A stretch of DNA of 64,000 nucleotides from an uncultured delta proteobacterium (lineage in GTDB: Bacteria > Desulfobacterota > Binatia > UBA9968). The notes under the pieces were generated by a model. The model was not told where the DNA came from. It saw only the letters and a program-made list of their open reading frames with translations, and did not search any database. Below are positions 62,059-64,000 of this stretch, one piece after another. The position numbers were made by a program, and so were the translations under genes. Position 1 is the stretch's first letter, and every line of letters starts with the position of its first letter. Location: assembly GCA_963840855.1 (NCBI GenBank), contig CAWJBB010000058.1, positions 1-64,000 of the forward strand. Reading direction: 5' to 3'.

Positions 62059-62981
62059 ATGTTATATACACCAACCAGTTCCTGTTCGCTCTTGTTCGGT
62101 GGCTCGTACCACGCATTGGGGAAGCGACAACCTTATCGGTCGATTGCGACGGTGGAGAAAAGATCCAGCAAAAGATCGCGTTGGCGAAGCCGGGGGATAC
62201 GGTGTTAGTGAGCGGAACCTGTAGCGAAAACGTCGCAATTCCGTCCGAGGTCGTTAGAATTACTCTCGACGGTCAAGGGAAGGCGGTGATCCAAGCTCCT
62301 GGCACCACAGCTGACGCGATCTTTATCCGCGGCAAGGACATCACGGTTAAGGGGTTCACGCTCACTGGCGGGCGGGACGGCATTCATCTGTCCGGTGCCG
62401 CCGCGGGTGCTTCGGCCATCATTGACGGAAACACCATTCAGCGTACGGGAAGATACGGAATCCATTTGGATGGCGGGAGCATCGCTCGCATCGTCAACAA
62501 CAGGATCGAGAACATCCCGAACGTCGGAATAGACATTACGGAAAACTCTCATGCCCGGATCGGCTTTCTTTTACCCTCGCGACCCGAACCTGGTCCGAAT
62601 GCAATTCGGAACAATGGTAGTCATGGAATTGCAGTGTCGCGCGCTTCGAGTGCGTGGATCGCAAACAACACGATTGCCAACAACAAAGGCAGCGGCGTCT
62701 TTGTAAACCGGAACTCGCAAGCCGATGTCGTCGGGAACATCATCAATGGGAACGGTGAAGACGGAATCACCGTAAGTCACAACTCTGGGGTAAACCTCAG
62801 GAGCGAGGGAACATTGCTTCGTCAAGGCCCAAACCAGACCGATCCTGCAGCAAAGAATGCCGGTTTCGGAGTCAAGTGTTCAATTGGGGGTTATGTTGAA
62901 GGACCTCTAGGAACCCTTACCGGAACGCAGGGTGCGACGGAGTGTGACAATTCCTGTGTTAATCGCCTGAGCCTGTCTTGA
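62059..62981 (+). CDS. Cassette 5: secreted right-handed parallel beta-helix (NosD/CASH-like) protein; frameshift in signal region
   Basis: AGGAG RBS; PGDTVLVSGTC; repeated I.NN.I..N...GI motifs. Confidence 0.8.
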
Positions 62982-63094
62982 TTTCTGCAATCTATTATAG
63001 CAGTGGTAACGGTCGCCCTAGCATTCGGTCGTACGTCCCACGCTCTGCCGCCACGCTTGTTAGCGCGTGGAATCTGTGGCGTTTGTGCGGTTTG

Positions 63095-63154
63095 GCCTAA
63101 CTATTGGGTTGAGAAGGCCCCGGCGGACCACGCCTCTCACCCAAAGCGTTAGCA
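63095..63154 (+). other. attC site 5
   Basis: GCCTAAC..TTGGGTTGAGAAGGC...GCCTCTCACCCAA..GTTAGCA. Confidence 0.88.
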
Positions 63155-63177
63155 CCATCAGGGGGGGTGCGCGTATT

Positions 63178-63402
63178 ATGGCGAACGGTAACCTAGCTGA
63201 GGGAGCTATCCCGTCGTCGAGAGCTGAAGATGCACTGATTTCATTGGCAACCGTACACGGGATGGATTTCCTTTTGACGTGGAATTTCCGGCATATTAAC
63301 AACGCCGAGATGAAAGCACGTATCAGCACTATTATCGAGGCGTCAGGGTATGAGAGCCCCATTATTTGTTCACCCGAAGAGCTAGGAGGTGGTGAGCCAT
63401 GA
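63178..63402 (+). pseudogene. Cassette 6a: C-terminal half of a PIN-domain toxin
   Basis: DAL...A.VHGMDFLLTWNFRHI.N...PIICSPEEL; N-terminal catalytic strand missing. Confidence 0.7.
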
Positions 63403-63572
63403 AACCAGATCCCATAGTGGATGAAGTTCGCAAGGTGAGAGAAGCCCACGCGGCGAAGTTCAACTACGATCTCCCAGCTATTTGTGCTGACCTGAAGAAG
63501 AAAGAAAAAGATTCCGGTCATCCGGTGGTGTCTCGTCGACCCAAGCTGCGGCTGAAGCCTACCGGAAGCTAA
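63399..63572 (+). CDS. Cassette 6b: small putative antitoxin (57 aa)
   Basis: MKPDPIVDEVRKVREAHAAKFNYDL..I..DL; ATGA overlap with the PIN fragment; AGGAGG RBS; stop within the attC R''. Confidence 0.7.
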   Translation: MKPDPIVDEVRKVREAHAAKFNYDLPAICADLKKKEKDSGHPVVSRRPKLRLKPTGS

Positions 63573-63626
63573 CCATTGCGTTGACAAGGACGGTGAGGAA
63601 CGTGCCTCTCACCCAAAACGTTAGGC
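63567..63626 (+). other. attC site 6
   Basis: AGCTAAC..TTGCGTTGACAAGG...GCCTCTCACCCAA..GTTAGGC; same family as site 5. Confidence 0.85.
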
Positions 63627-63821
63627 CCATTTGGTTGCTCAGTTTATGAATATCTTGATATCAGATATTTGAATAAATCAACCAATTGATTACTCAACCA
63701 AATGAAACGGAAAACACTGTTGACTAACCGGACAGGGCCACAAGTTCAAAGCCTTCAAAACGGAGTAATTCCAGTTAGTCAACAACGTTCCCCAATTCTA
63801 CTCCATGACAGGAGACGTATT

Positions 63822-64000
63822 ATGCACCGACTGACCGCGGCGATGTGCTGGTTGCTCCTCGGGACCGGGCTCGTGCTCGCCTTCGCGCAGCCGGCCGAGG
63901 ACGCCCAGAAGCAACTGCAAGGGACCTGGACGGCAACACAGGCGGCACGCGACGGTACAGCAGCCGATGACGTGGTCGGCCATCGGCTCTCCTTTGCCGG
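63822..64000 (+). CDS. Cassette 7: secreted TIGR03067-like protein, runs off window
   Basis: AGGAG RBS; signal peptide then D.KQLQGTW......RDG. Confidence 0.65.
   Translation, partial: MHRLTAAMCWLLLGTGLVLAFAQPAEDAQKQLQGTWTATQAARDGTAADDVVGHRLSFA

Larger units (their letters stand above)
58023..64000 (+). mobile_element. Integron gene cassette array with no adjacent integrase (CALIN-like), at least 7 cassettes
   Basis: Six attC sites; co-oriented ORFs ending at or just before each R''; cassette-start GTT cores complement the cassette-end AAC cores. Confidence 0.9.

Noticed and set aside
63015-63066. Additional attC (GCCCTAGC...GTTAGCG)
   Set aside because: No AAC in the left core and poor internal pairing; cassette 5 already closes correctly at GCCTAAC 63095. 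At most a remnant.

Overview
GC-rich bacterial chromosomal segment. The gene repertoire (many TctC/Bug-type binding proteins, a multi-GAF kinase, Mo-hydroxylases, a Rieske oxygenase, dense intergenic palindromes) suggests Candidatus Binatia or related deltaproteobacteria; this is inference only. Many genes carry 1-2 nt frameshifts, often at short homopolymers, consistent with an unpolished assembly. Bases 1-57 kb hold transport and metabolic genes: a DUF4212-ActP-DUF294 locus, tpx, a 7-GAF kinase/receiver/adenylate cyclase operon, a TAXI-TRAP system, a TctABC cluster with five TctC paralogs, form II coxSLM, and a Pho-box-led pstSCAB-phnA-like operon. From about 58.0 kb to the window end there is an integron cassette array with six attC sites and no adjacent integrase; its cargo is a DUF5677-like protein, GmrSD, a VOC protein, a DUF4160/DUF2442 TA pair, a beta-helix protein, a broken PIN TA pair and a TIGR03067-like protein. 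Most notable observations: (i) a YccU-like CoA-binding protein whose conserved C-terminal Cys is a UGA followed by a SECIS-like hairpin (candidate selenoprotein); (ii) a GxxExxY gene flanked by inverted triple 9-mer repeats, with empty elements of the same architecture nearby; (iii) nested MITE/REP elements and a GTTCAA-repeat element after each TctC in the cluster; (iv) an inverted-repeat-bracketed promoter at the head of the cassette array; (v) a mazEF-like module flanked by a synonymous-only duplicate of a gene 3' end. Coordinates were read by eye and may be off by a few bases.
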